Shown: piece by piece, positions 10,400-22,107 of the stretch
Layout: the number at the start of each line of letters is the position of its first letter
Numbering within the stretch: position 1 is the stretch's first letter
Assembly: GCA_001179505.1 (NCBI GenBank)
Contig: CDMY01000729.1
Location: 1-26,443 of the forward strand
DNA length: 26,443 bases
Source of the DNA: Vitrella brassicaformis CCMP3155
Lineage: Eukaryota; Protista; Chromerida
Direction: 5' to 3'
Translations under genes and position numbers: made by a program
Notes under the pieces: model-generated
The model's database searches: none
Seen by the model: the letters and a program-made list of their open reading frames with translations, nothing else
What the model was told of the DNA's origin: nothing

Positions 10400-13300
10400 C
10401 AAGGGCGAGGAGCAGCGGACCGGCAACACAAGCGACTAGCACGCCTCAATCACCGTGACATGGATCTGCTGCTGCTTAGGCAGCCTTCAGGCACCTCGGT
10501 GAAGGGCTGCCTGTGTTCGACATCCCTCCATCCAACTGCAAATACGTTGGGTGCCTGAAGGGTAAAATGACAGAGAATCCGCACAATGAACCAGGCACTA
10601 GGGCGACACGCAAGCGTCAACTAGTGCATCGCGACATCTCCGGACCACATCGAAGATCTGTTCTCGATAGCTATCAATACTATATGGTCTTCGTGGACGA
10701 GTACTTTCGTCGTGTCTCTGTGATATCTCTCAGGCGTCGATGCGATGCAGGCATAGGCCTGAAGCGATACATCGCGAAGGTCAGACACATCGAAGAGCTG
10801 AGATGTGACGGAGCCAAAGAGCTGGTAGAAGGCAATCTGCTGCATGCTGCCGCCCAGTTCGGAATCGCCAAGCAATTCAGCGTCCCGCACGTCCATGAGC
10901 AGCTAATGGCGTGGCTGAGAGGATGATACAGACGCTGAACAACACGGCAACATCGATGCTCGTAACGGCGAATCTGCCGAGGGGGTTCTGGCCGTGGGCT
11001 GTGCAAGCAGTCGCAATCGCTGTCCCTGCAGAAGCAACAAAGGGAACAAAACACCATATGAGATGTAAAAAAAGTTCAAACCTGACCAGCGCAAACTGCG
11101 TGTGTTTGTTTGGATGTTTAGCCTACCCGTTTGTGCGGAAGCATCAGCGAGCCACGAAGTTCAGTCCCAAGTGTGACGCAGCGATCTTCGTTGCTTATCA
11201 TTCACAGATGAAAAGACGGATACCTCTTCTGGATACCGTCGAAAAGACAAATAAAGGTCACAAACATAGCCACCTTCTTTGCACATATGTTCAATCTGCA
11301 GAAGGGTGTCAATCCATACCTCCTACCGGTTCGAGAGGGGGAAGGAAATGGCGACACACATGGGCAGGACGGTCACGAAGCGCCAGACGCCCAAGAAGCG
11401 CCAGACGCTCAACCGCAAGACCAGCAGCCCATCGATGAAGACGCCTTTGACGCACCACAACTGCCACAACTAGCCCCTGAAGGGCCACTCATGCAGGGAG
11501 CTGACGAACACGAACTCGATCAAGCACCACATCCCCATGAGAGTCATGAGAGTGAGCAGATGGACGGTCAGGCGCACGATGAGGGCATGCACACGGGTTT
11601 GAACCAACGACTTGGCTGTTGATGTGGAAGGAAATCTAACCAACAAACACCCAGAATGTCCTCGTAGATCTGGTCGTAAGCGCCAATGGAACACACAAAT
11701 TGAACGCGACTTCATTTCTGCCCATGCGGACCCTGAAAGCGAACGGCAGAGAGATCGGTGCTCAGAGAGCGCATCTGGTGCCTCTTCGGTGTTGTTGAGG
11801 AAGCGGTCGACACATGAACCAAAGGCCTGGACGCAAACAAAGACGCAAAGGCAGAGACATGTGCTTTCTATCTGGCAAAACCAACGAGAGAGTGGTTGCC
11901 TACGCTACAGATGATGACGACGGCGTGTATCTCTTCATTGCTTGGAGATGAGCCGCGAACGCACAAAGAGGCCATGACCTGCAGGAAGATACTGCCCAGC
12001 AAGTGGGTCTTCAAGGCACGTATCGTGATCAAGGGATACGCACAAGACCCAAAAGAAGTCACACAGACCTTCTCACCCACACTGTCGCAGGTCGCTATGC
12101 GTGTCTTCCTTGTGTTGGTTCTCTTAGCTGGTAGTCGCTGTATCAATGCGATGTTAATGTGGCGTTCCTCAACTCCCCTCTAGACCGACGTGTCTTCATG
12201 AACTGCCCTGACGGATACGAGAAGCCCGGCATGGTGTGGATGCTTAAGAAAGCTGTCTACGGTCTCAAGGAAGCACCGAGGGCCTAGCACGTGACTCTGG
12301 TCGACTACTTGAGAAGCATCGGATTCACACAGAGCAGCGTCGACGTCGACCCGTGCATCTTCACACATGACGAGAGGGGACTATGGGTGGTGGTTGTTGT
12401 GGACGACATGCTCTACTCACCTGCAGTGGGCCGAGAGGCTTAACGCCGATGTCCGGCAAGTTCGGCATCAAGGACCTCGGACATCCCGATAGGTTCCTGG
12501 GCATGAAGGTCACCTACGAAAGAAAAGAACGCATCCTGGCACTCTCACAAGAGGAGTACGTGCAGAAGCTCATCGAGAGGTTCAACATGTGTGATCGAAG
12601 GGGACAGATACCTTGCCGTCTGATGTCAAGCTCTCCAAAACAATGGAACCTACAACAAAGGAGCAGCACGACCACATGAGCAAAGTGCCATATCGCGACG
12701 CCGTCGGCAGCTTACTGTACTCCACAGTGACGCTCAGACCCGACATCGCCTACGCAGTCAAGGACTGCGCCATGTGCTACAACTGTGCCGGCAAGCGCCA
12801 TTGGGAAGCTGTCAAGCACATCATCCGGTACCTCAGGGAGACAGCGACAAGAGCGTTGACCTTCAGAAGACCAGCAGACGAGAGCGTGAAGATCCTCGCC
12901 TACGCTGATTCCAGCCATGCTGACCTGGAGAATGACAGGAGCACGGGAGGCTACGTGATCTACCTTTGCGGCAATCCCGTCGCCTGGCGGTGCAAGAACC
13001 AGCCAATCGTCGCGGCGAGTGTGCACGTGAGATTGTTCATACCCAGCAGCAGGCATTCAGCACCGACTCGGAGAGAACGACAATCCTGGTGGACAACAGA
13101 GGAGCACAGTCAGTCTCCTACAACACAGAGATGTCTGATAGGACCAAGGCCATCCGCGTATCACCTGGTGCGTGAGAAGGTCGAGGCGGGCGAGGTGGAG
13201 GTTGGTTGGATCCCATCCGCTGAGAATGTGGCAGATGTGCTCACCAAGAACCTGCCTGCAGGCAAGCACACACCAGTGACAATCTGTCACTACTCACGAG

Positions 13301-13635
13301 GATGGATGGATGTGAAATCTGATGAGGAATCCGATATGGATACATGAGGGGAGGCAGCAGGTCTGATGTAGATCTGCCAGATGGCATCACTCTAGGCTTC
13401 GTAGAGGGTGTTGAGTGAGAGGGGGTGTCGAAGGACCGAGCTGAGCCTGCTACGGGAAACGAGCAGCAGAGCCTGCCGGAATTCCGGCTGGGCTAGGTTG
13501 CTTCGTGAAACGGAGCAACTTCCCCAACGCCATAGCGTTGAACACACTGGGTCTTTCCAAAAGAAAAGGCTCTGACTCCATCTCCTTGGTCATCAACTAC
13601 TCTACGAGCAACTTGAGCACGCTATTTATCCGACA
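10400..13635 (+). mobile_element. Dead Ty1/copia LTR retrotransposon (integrase, RT, RNase H, PPT, putative 3' LTR); gag and 5' LTR not recognisable
   Basis: Domains appear in copia order. GAG-pre-integrase (RLARLNH, CKYVGCLKGK); integrase (LVHRDISGP, FVDEY, LRCDGAKE, AERMIQTL); SH3-like (FGCLAY); RT (SKWVFK ARIV.KGYAQ, DVNVAFLN, KKAVYGLKEAPR, VVDDML); RNase H (YADSSHA, RSTGGY, ADVLTK). There are several frameshifts and a TAG at 12285. Confidence 0.95.
13426..13635 (+). repeat. Putative 3' LTR of the copia element, preceded by a polypurine tract
   Basis: The purine tract GAGTGAGAGGGGG (13413-13425) abuts TGTCG at 13426. The inverted terminus CGACA ends at 13635. The right boundary is tentative because there is no second LTR to compare. 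Confidence 0.55.
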
Positions 13636-13945
13636 GACCGGCTCCAACAGGCCTTCAGCAGTAGTCAGACATCTCTCGCACTTCTATCCTTCTAACCCAT
13701 ATTTAGCTGACCCGCTCTCTTCTCTATATGGACACTCACTGCATTCCCATCCGTCGACGTATTAATTACCAATGAAACACGCAAGGACACACACAAGCAT
13801 GGACACGACAAAAGCTTTGTGTTCAGATGCTATGGATACACGGATCAATGGCGCACACACGTGAATGCGACGAGACCCGCATACCGGAGCACACATGTGG
13901 GACACATGTGGGAGCATATGTGTATGAGCTGGAATAGTGCGTCCC

Positions 13946-14193
13946 GGCCATCAGCACGGTGACAGAAGGCGGCAATGCGGCCAAACGAAACATCAACACA
14001 CCTGCCAGGCAAACACAGGAGCGCTCAGACGAATAGATCTGTGTGCCGGAATCCTGCGTGACGGCCATCAGCTCACCGTGCAGTAGAGAAGGCGGCAATG
14101 CGGCCAAACGAAACATCAACACACCTGTCAAGCAAACACAGGAGCGCTCAGACGAGTACATTCGTGTGTCGGAATCCTACATGACGGCCATCA
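13946..14193 (-). repeat. About 120-bp tandem repeat (2 full units plus a partial) that looks like a duplicated exon+intron unit
   Basis: GGCCATCA recurs at 13946, 14063 and 14186. On the - strand there is a 48-nt exon-like block (14124-14077), a GTGAGC donor and a TTGCCTGGCAG acceptor (intron 14076-14002). Confidence 0.8.
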
Positions 14194-14201
14194 TTCAGTC
14201 A

Positions 14202-14309
14202 GTCTGTCGTCGACGCGCTCTGTTCTGCCTCTGACCATTGGCTTATAGAAGCTGACCTTTTGCAGCCCCCTCCCCCATTCAAGGGGGAGGGAGCGACTTT
14301 GCGTTGTCC
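14202..14309 (+). repeat. Dispersed repeat family A, copy 3 (perfect 9-bp hairpin core)
   Basis: About 84% identical to 713-820. Contains CCCTCCCCC-ATTCAA-GGGGGAGGG. Confidence 0.85.
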
Positions 14310-15983
14310 GCATCACCACCTCCCTTTGCTGTCTGCGCCCTCTCTTCACAAGTGCAGCCGATTTTTGGTTTCTCGGCCACCATCGTCGTTCACGAGCAAG
14401 CACCTCTTCATTCGGCTTCCCCAGGTCTTCAGAATGGCCGCCAAATCGCCTCACACGATGCTCATCTGCCTTTTGATGGATACCCTAAACCTCAACCACT
14501 GGCCACTAACGATCACTGGTCTAGTGTGTACCCTTTCGACCTTTACAAGGTGTCCCTTTCCGATCGCCTTCCGTTACGAGAGGGCCCCTACCCCCTCGTA
14601 CCCGTTCGTCGACCCGCGTTCGCGGGAGGTTCCATCTACCAGTCTTTCGCATATATTCTATCGAGACGGTACTGCCTCTTAGTGGCTTTTTGGTATCTCC
14701 TCAGCCGCTTCATCTCGCGCTGCAGGTCATCGCTGTAGGGCTCCATTAAATGTTTCTCATCGACCATCCGCAGGATAGCGACCCCTTCGGACTTCACTCG
14801 AGACAGCATCACAAAAATTCCACACTCCGATCACCCAGGGTTAAAGTCCATGATAAGCCGGTTTTTGGTTGCCCTTTGCGGTTTCCAGATGGTTAAAGCA
14901 TAGGATGGCCCCATGGGCAGCTGGTAGTGGTACCACGGTGGTACCATCGCCACACGCTCATCGTTTGTAGTGGGGATGGCGCTAGCCGGAGCGCTGATGT
15001 CAAATGTCGCTGTCTTTGGGAAGATAGGTGAAAGAGGCTTGACTGTCGCTGTCGACTGGGTAACAACTTTTACGTCACCCTCGGTGAGCGGTGGATGGCT
15101 GCCTTTTGCAAGCTCGACGTACAGACATCGGTACACCATTGGTCACTGGCTTGCCACACGCCCGAAGGGAAGGACGCTCGACGAAAAAAGCCATAGCTAC
15201 CGTTGTTAATGTCCAGCTCCGTCGCTTGGTCGCCCTCGATGAGGGGCACCAGCTGAGGGCGACCGTAGACCGCTGACTTCGAATGGTAACATCCGTTTTC
15301 TTGTGGCACCAGATCGAAGAATCAGCTAATCCTCTTCAATCGCATAAGAATAAGCTGAGGATGCGGCTGACAGCGTCGTCGATCCGTTACATGGTGTTGT
15401 TACAATGTCCCGTGTATACCTCCACGTCGTCGATTCGCGAATGTCCCGTCTGTGGAGGTATTTGCTTACGCTTGCACTTGGCCGCCGTTCTGTCCCCACA
15501 TCGCCGCCCCCTCACTGAGCCAGTGTTTGGCAGTAGCTGGAATAGCTATCGATTATTGGGGTCGCCGGGGAGGCCTTGAGGTACAGGGGCTATTTAGGTT
15601 TGAGTCATGCACGGCGCAGGCACGTGATTTGCAACTGACATGGCCCTTCATCTCCCCATCTGGACATAGGACACGAACCGTGTTGTTACGAGCTGGCATT
15701 TTGAGCCGAACAAGAGACTGAATTCAAGCACCATTTGTTCCCGTCTCCGGCTCATTCTCAGTGAAGTTCTCAGGAGAATCATACGCTTCGCTGAAAAAGG
15801 GAGGGAGGTGTTCTAGCAGCACCGACCTCGTCCGGCACCAGACACACAGAAATCCGGTCGAAATGAGCTGTGGACGTGTGTGTGTGTGTGGCTGTGCCAC
15901 CCATGCGAACGAGAGACGTCTGAGCCGAATTTGTAGTGTGGCGACGGTGCAAGTAACGACATGAGTACTATGGATGGATTACA

Positions 15984-16054
15984 TGTTGAGTGTAGTGTAT
16001 CTGTTGAGTGTAGTGTATCTGTGAGTGTAGTGTATCTGTTCAGTGTAGTGTATC
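15984..16054. repeat. Minisatellite, 4 x 17-18 bp (TGTTGAGTGTAGTGTATC)
   Basis: Read directly from the sequence. Confidence 0.9.
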
Positions 16055-16285
16055 TGTGTAGGTAGAAAGCAGATGATACATGGAAAGTCGGCACATGCGG
16101 ACGGGCACGATTCTGGGAAGCACACGACAGATGGATGGCCGGAGGAAGACATGGCAAGGCGCAGCTAACACGAGCGGCCCAGACTACCACGAGAACAAAG
16201 GGCGCCTTCCGCCGGTGAAGCAGCAGCGGTTTCATGCAGCACCCTAGCCGGTGAAGCATAGTGCGAGCTTTTGCGAGCTAGATTC

Positions 16286-16328
16286 AGGATCGAGGGCATT
16301 TAGGATCGAGGGCATTTAGGATCGAGGG
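16286..16328. repeat. Minisatellite, about 2.7 x 16 bp (AGGATCGAGGGCATTT)
   Basis: Read directly from the sequence. It is followed by a short CGAAAGACTT duplication. Confidence 0.85.
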
Positions 16329-17080
16329 CGAAAGACTTTCGAAAGACTTGGCCGTCCTGTCGCTATTGCTTCTTCAAATCAGATTTTTTCGACAAACTTG
16401 ACAGAACCGTTGACTTTGACAGATTTCTCGTTTTCTTTGCATATGATGGACATAATCGTTAATGTGTGTGCATCCCCCGCCACCCTGTGTGGCAGCTTTC
16501 ACTGAAGAGGCGTGCACAAGCAACCTCAGCATCAACAAAGAGAGACATCACCCCCACATTGCGTCCAAGTGACTCAGGTGAGCATCAAGCTTACGCACTG
16601 ACTTCATAGTGCGAGAACCTTAAGCGAGGGTAAGCACAAGCGACACATCACTGACAACACAGTCGCACCAAGCGAGCGACAGACACGCGTCGCGACAGGA
16701 CGCCAATCAACCGAACACCAACCACACCAACCAAGGAGGGAGCCCTCGTGCAGTGTGTGCATTCATGTTCGGTGTCAAAAGTCACTGTCCAGGTTATTCA
16801 CGAATCTCGAGTCCAGACAACATGCCAGTCCCGTGAAATAGTGTCACCTGGGCACACACGTGTGCGTCAAATGGCGGACAGACTTACAGGCCACCTGAGT
16901 GTCCATGGTGTCCACCTGGACAGGCCTGTCCTCTCTTCGTGTAATGCGACAGATATTCAAGTACGGAGGGATCGCTTACATTTTTTGATCGCTTTTGATC
17001 GTCGTAAGCATAACAGTGTCTGGAGGGTGCTCATTATTCTCCCTAACGAGATCCTGTGTTCATTTTCTGTATTCTCGGGG

Positions 17081-19541
17081 ATGCTTTCTCTGTGCATCGT
17101 CGTCTGCTTGCTGTCTGCCCATGCCATATCTTGTCCAAGTGAGGATTTTGAAGAAAGTGTTTCCAGCAAACTGGCCGAGGCGATTACCAAGCTGAGAAAT
17201 GACAAGATTCTCACGAAGCCGTTCATGTGGGGCACTGCTACGGCCGCCTACCAAGTGCCCGCTAGTGTGTATCGCCATATTGCTGGCGAGACGCCCATTG
17301 TGTGTGCAGGTGGAGGGAGGTTGGAATGAAGGCGGACGAGTGCCGAGTCACTGGGACACTTTCACGCACACGAGCGCAGCCAAGGGCCTCAGAAAGATCA
17401 GAAATGATGACAATGTGAGGGGGAGGAAGCAGAGACATGCCGCACTTCCTTGCTGTTTTCAGGGTGATGTAGCCTGCGACTTTTACCATAAGGTAAGTGT
17501 GCAAGTAAAGTCAGAGTCACGCTTGTTGAACGTGCGCAATGTGCAATCTAGTACAAGGACGACATCAAGCTGATGAAGGACCTAAATTTCACCCACTTCC
17601 GCTACTCCATCAGCTGGCCACGAGTCATGAACGGAACTGAAATCAATGAGGAGGGTAGGAACAGTAGTAGACGCCATGCTAATTGCGCTTTTCTGCGTGT
17701 ATGAAAGGAGTCAGTCTGCCTGGTCTCTATGCACAGGAATTCAATTCTACCGTAACTTAACGGCACTTCTCATAGAGAACGGCATCGAACCAGTCGTGAC
17801 GTTGTACCATTGGGATCTGCCAGAGTAGAGGGCCAGCCCACAATGGCCACGCCAGCCGCTTCAGCTGAGTACAACAATGATTGCTGCCTTGTGTGCTGTT
17901 TGTTTGACCAGCATTTACGACTGGCGGAACGAAACCGTCATGGAGGCTTTTGGCGAGTTTGCGAACCTGATGTTCGATGAGTTGCAGGGCGTCAAATTCT
18001 GGATCACCGTAAGTTAGCCTCGCACAGTCCAGCCAGACGGATACACACCCATAGGAAGGGATTGTGTCGGCAATGTGTGTCACTCTAGTTCAATGAGCCC
18101 TATATATTCTGCAAGTTTGGATATCATCTAGGCAACCGTACTCAGAACAATAGCAAGCAAGAAACAATGGTGAAGCTGTGATGTTCGCTTCTAGACGCCC
18201 CTGGGGTCAAGTCTGCAGCTGACCACCTCAAGTGTGGCCACAATGTCCTCAAGTCACACGCAAAGGTGCCGATGGGACAGGGTTGAGGGAAGCACCCTTA
18301 TCCTTTGGAGTTCAATGAGTGTGTATGCAGGCTTATTCCATCTGGAAGGAACTGTACGAAAAGGAGCGGCCAGATGCCATGGTGGGCATCACCCTTAACT
18401 CCGAGTGGTACGTGCCCTTTGATGGCAACGACCCCGACGACCTGGATGCCGCTCGGGCGTTAACGGACCTGCAAGTTGGATGGTTCGCCGACCCGGTGGG
18501 TAGGCAGACAGACGAAGAGGGCAGCACGCCACTCCTGTGTTGCGTGTGGCCCTGGTCCACACGTCAATTAAGATATACGGCACTGGCGACTATCCCGAGT
18601 CTCTGAAGGCTCACTATGGTGATGACATGCCTCTCTTCACAGAGAAGGAGAAAGCCGCCGTGAAGGGCTCGGCAGACTTCTTCGGACTCAACCACTATAC
18701 GACTCGGTAAGACACGTACAGACAGGGAGACACATTCAGACAGAGACCGGCTTGACCGCATTGTGCCGTGTGCATGATATTTGCAGCTACGTCAAGGCCA
18801 CAGCAGAGGGTGGCTACCGCAAAATGACAATGCGCCGAAGTGTCCCGATTGGTCCGCAGGCGGCATCCAGTTGGCTGTATATCGTCCCATGGGGATTTAG
18901 CAGGCTTCTCAAATACGTTAACCAAAGGTGGAAACCCAAGAGCATCATTGTCACCGAAAACGGTCGGTCAGCGCTGGATAGTGGGTGTGAGAGACACTAA
19001 CACGTGTGCCTTCCTCCATCGCAGGCATGTCTGATGAGGATAGCAACGACACTGCTTCTCTAATTGACGATCAGAACAGGTCGGACACGAAGGCCGATCC
19101 TATTCGGACTCCGTTGGACTTGTTTCAGAGTCTGGTACTACCAGGAGTACCTGAAGGAGATGGCCAAGGCCATGCTGGAAGGCAGCGTGCCGGTCGCGGG
19201 ATACTTCGCCTGGTCTCTAATGGACAACTTCGAATGGGCGGAAGGATTTGATGAACGGTACACACATCATGGAAAAAGCCACAGCGGGAAGATGCCACCT
19301 CGTGTTCCTCCTCCCCTTCAGCTTCGGTCTGACCTATGTCGACTTCAATGATCCGGAGCGCCCACGAACGGCCAAAAGATCTGCAAAATACCTCGGGTTC
19401 ATACACTGGGTGCCCATGTATCTGATTCGCTGGGGGTTTCTCTTCGTTTACAGAGCCCTGATTCCGAGCGTCGAGGCTCAAATAGGGGCCTGTCAGTCGC
19501 TCGATAACCTCACTGCCAAGTCAGGGGGGGAGGGAATATGA
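17081..19541 (+). CDS. Secreted glycoside hydrolase family 1 (beta-glucosidase-like) protein, about 14-15 exons
   Basis: Signal peptide MLSLCIVVCLLSAHA. GH1 motifs across the spliced exons: FMWGTATAAYQVEG, GDVACDFYH, FRYSISWPR, VTLYHWDLP, WITFNEP (acid/base Glu), HAPG, GHNVLKSHA, GWFADP, DFFGLNHYT, IVTENG (nucleophile Glu), GYFAWSLMDNFEWAEG, RFGL.YVDF. The last exon boundary is uncertain. Confidence 0.93.
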
Positions 19542-19819
19542 TGAGATAGGAGCGCCGCCTCTCTGATTCATGCTTTCCGTCTGATGCTCGCAGTGGGCAG
19601 CTTCGTATTCGATTGTGAGCACTCTGAGCCAAACGAAACGAAGTCGCTTTGTCCGCACGAAGAAACATCAGGAGAGGACTGGAAGTGGTGGGTGAGGTGG
19701 AAGGCTGAGGGTCTGGCCTTCGAAATCCACCCGCTGCGCTGCTCTCCCTTGCACTCTGCCTCGCCTCTCTAAGTTTACCGTAATCGTAAATCACAACAAC
19801 GCATTGGCCTTTCAAAGTC

Positions 19820-20033
19820 ATGAGTTGCCCTCCTCCGTCGGGGGCTCGGGACTCGCTCCGCGTCGGCGTTGCGAAATGCATGCAAAGCTCGCATGAAAGC
19901 CCCCAAGCTCGCATGGAAGCCCCCGCAAAAAGACGGTACCGAATGAAAAAGTCTCGCTGGCCCCAATTACGAACGAACACGAACTTCGGGTAAGAGTGCC
20001 TCGGCTCGCTAAAAGCTCGCGAGTCCCGAAAGA
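19820..20033 (+). repeat. Dispersed repeat family B, copy 1
   Basis: Reverse-complement match to 25516-25722 (ATGAGTT..CTCCTCCGTCGGGG..GGTACCGAATGAAAAAGTCTCG..GAACTTCGGGTAAGAG..GCTCGCGAGTCCCGAAAG). This copy has an extra 20-bp tandem duplication at 19885-19924. Confidence 0.9.
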
Positions 20034-20055
20034 CACGATCAGCATCCCTTCCCTC

Positions 20056-20717
20056 CACCCCGTTGAAGCCTCTTCCCCTGGTCGGGCAATAAAATTTCTA
20101 AAACGTCCCAAATGTGCCGAAAAATATTCAAAAGCCGGGAAACCGCCGAAAAATATTTAAAACCAAAATATATCGAAAATTTGAGGAGAAGCTTTAAGGC
20201 GATGACCNNNNNNNNNNNNNNNNNNNNNNNNNNNNNNNNNNNNNNNNNNNNNNNNNNNNNNNNNNNNNNNNNNNNNNNNNNNNNNNNNNNNNNNNNNNNN
20301 NNNNNNNNNNNNNNNNNNNNNNNNNNNNNNNNNNNNNNNNNNNNNNNNNNNNNNNNNNNNNNNNNNNNNNNNNNNNNNNNNNNNNNNNNNNNNNNNNNNN
20401 NNNNNNNNNNNNNNNNNNNNNNNNNNNNNNNNNNNNNNNNNNNNNNNNNNNNNNNNNNNNNNNNNNNNNNNNNNNNNNNNNNNNNNNNNNNNNNNNNNNN
20501 NNNNNNNAGGAAAGGCTATTTTGAGGCTTGTTCTAGCCATTGAAAACACGTCCAGAGCCTCTTCACTTCGCCGCCTCCAAACCAGCCATCTCTATTTGAA
20601 AACTTCGCAAACCCCTCAAAAAATCAAAGGAGTAGTTTTAAAAAATTGCAAAAAAAAATAATAAGGGAGTAATTTTGAAAAAAAATCAAATCAAAGGGAG
20701 GAGGCTTCAACAGGGTG
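20056..20717. mobile_element. Non-autonomous DNA transposon (MITE-like) with 24-bp TIRs and an 8-bp TSD
   Basis: Left TIR CACCCCGTTGAAGCCTCTTCCCCT (20056-20079) and right TIR 20694-20717 match at 21 of 24 positions. CTTCCCTC is duplicated at 20048-20055 and 20718-20725. The interior is AT-rich and contains the assembly gap. Confidence 0.88.
20208..20507. other. Assembly gap (300 N)
   Basis: Run of N in the sequence. Confidence 1.
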
Positions 20718-22107
20718 CTTCCCTCCCACTAAAGAGATCACAACCGTTCAACCGCAGTCGAAAATCACTCATCCAAACCGTCCCTTTCTCCTTCCAATCT
20801 CCTCACACTTTTGCTGAAGCTTTGTGTGCATTGTTCTGCGTGACAGTTCCCAACGCCTGCTGATGCTGCTGTCTTGTCTTTTCTGTTCTTCCTCGCCCTT
20901 CGCTCTCTGCTGAGCCACTGATGAGAGAGGACGTGCGCAAGGGAGAGCAGTGCTGCTGATGCGGAGGGAGATGTGCTTGCCATCTCCACCCTGGCGATGG
21001 GAGACGATAGCGTGCCCGTCAGAGAAGCAGGGGTTTTCCCGGTTGTATATAGCCCGGACTCTGTCTATTCTTGCCGTGCTCCTGAGGATGTGTACTCTAA
21101 CGCGGACCTCTGTGTGATGCTGTTGGCATGAGGGCGAAATTAAGGCGAGATTCGAGGGCTCCGTCTGATCCTTCTGACCATGGTGTGTGTTCGGCACACA
21201 GTAACTTCAACACTATGAGACCAAGCTCGTCGCATACAAAAGCGAAGAGCAAAGCGATCACCCAGACGTCAGCCATCACCCCACATCCACACATACTGTG
21301 GGCGTCGGATAAGTGGGACGCTGCTTAAATGGGAAAATCGTTGAATGGCCCCGGGCTAGCAAATTTACAACGGATAAATGGGACTGCAGCCGGTGTTGAC
21401 TGTCATCGTGAGGCTTCGCATTGTTCGCAATGACCTGCATGTGATCCAGCGTGCCTGGCTGATCACTGTGAACCAAATTTCATCTCCAAACATCCACAAA
21501 CAACGGCAGAATCAGCGAAGCAAACAAGCAACGTCGCAGCATGACTGACCCTCTTCAGAGCACAGGGAAGTCAGTCGGTTGCAGTGAAACAGCGAGTCAG
21601 CAACCATGATCAGACAAGCAGCCGCCCGCCCGGCCTTCCTCTCGCTCTCGTGAGGAGCTAAGGTGAGAGTGCTTCTAGTTCAAGGCGGACCCCTAGGTGG
21701 TTTTGGGCGGTGACGTGCGAACCTATGGTTGTGTGTGCATCATGACCGCCCTGCCGAGGGCTGCACACACACAAAAGATCAGCCCCAGACTCGACAACCC
21801 CGTCGAGATTCGCGATGAGCGAACCCTGAACCCTAGAGGCATCAGCATGACCGCGTTGACGTGCTGAACAACATGCGGCTCTCAGATTGACCGCACGAGG
21901 TCAAGATCCCGAGATCCGATCGGCCTACCAAAACATAAGGGCGGCCTTTGCGCCTCAACCACGACTCATGAGCCCTCGCTGAGACGGCCATTTTGACCGC
22001 CCTGCCGCACTGATTCATCATCTGTAGATATCGACCCCTTCCTCCCTATCCCTCCCCCTGCAACACCCACCCATCATCTGCCAATCACTTCACCCCCTCT
22101 TGTACAG

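Noticed and set aside
14630-15500. Coding-like - strand fragments (e.g. EPYSDDLQREMKRLRRYQK, KVVTQSTATVKPLSP)
   Set aside because: They are broken by stops and frame changes and show no motif I recognise. Probably a relic, but no call can be supported.
17081-19541. GH1 as a myrosinase, given the nearby sulfate enzymes
   Set aside because: Plant myrosinases replace the acid/base Glu with Gln, and this protein keeps NEP.
20112-20549. ORFs spanning the N run
   Set aside because: They are artefacts of the assembly gap.
21820-21836. AACCCTGAACCCTAG as an interstitial telomeric repeat
   Set aside because: Only about two units, which is too short to distinguish from chance.
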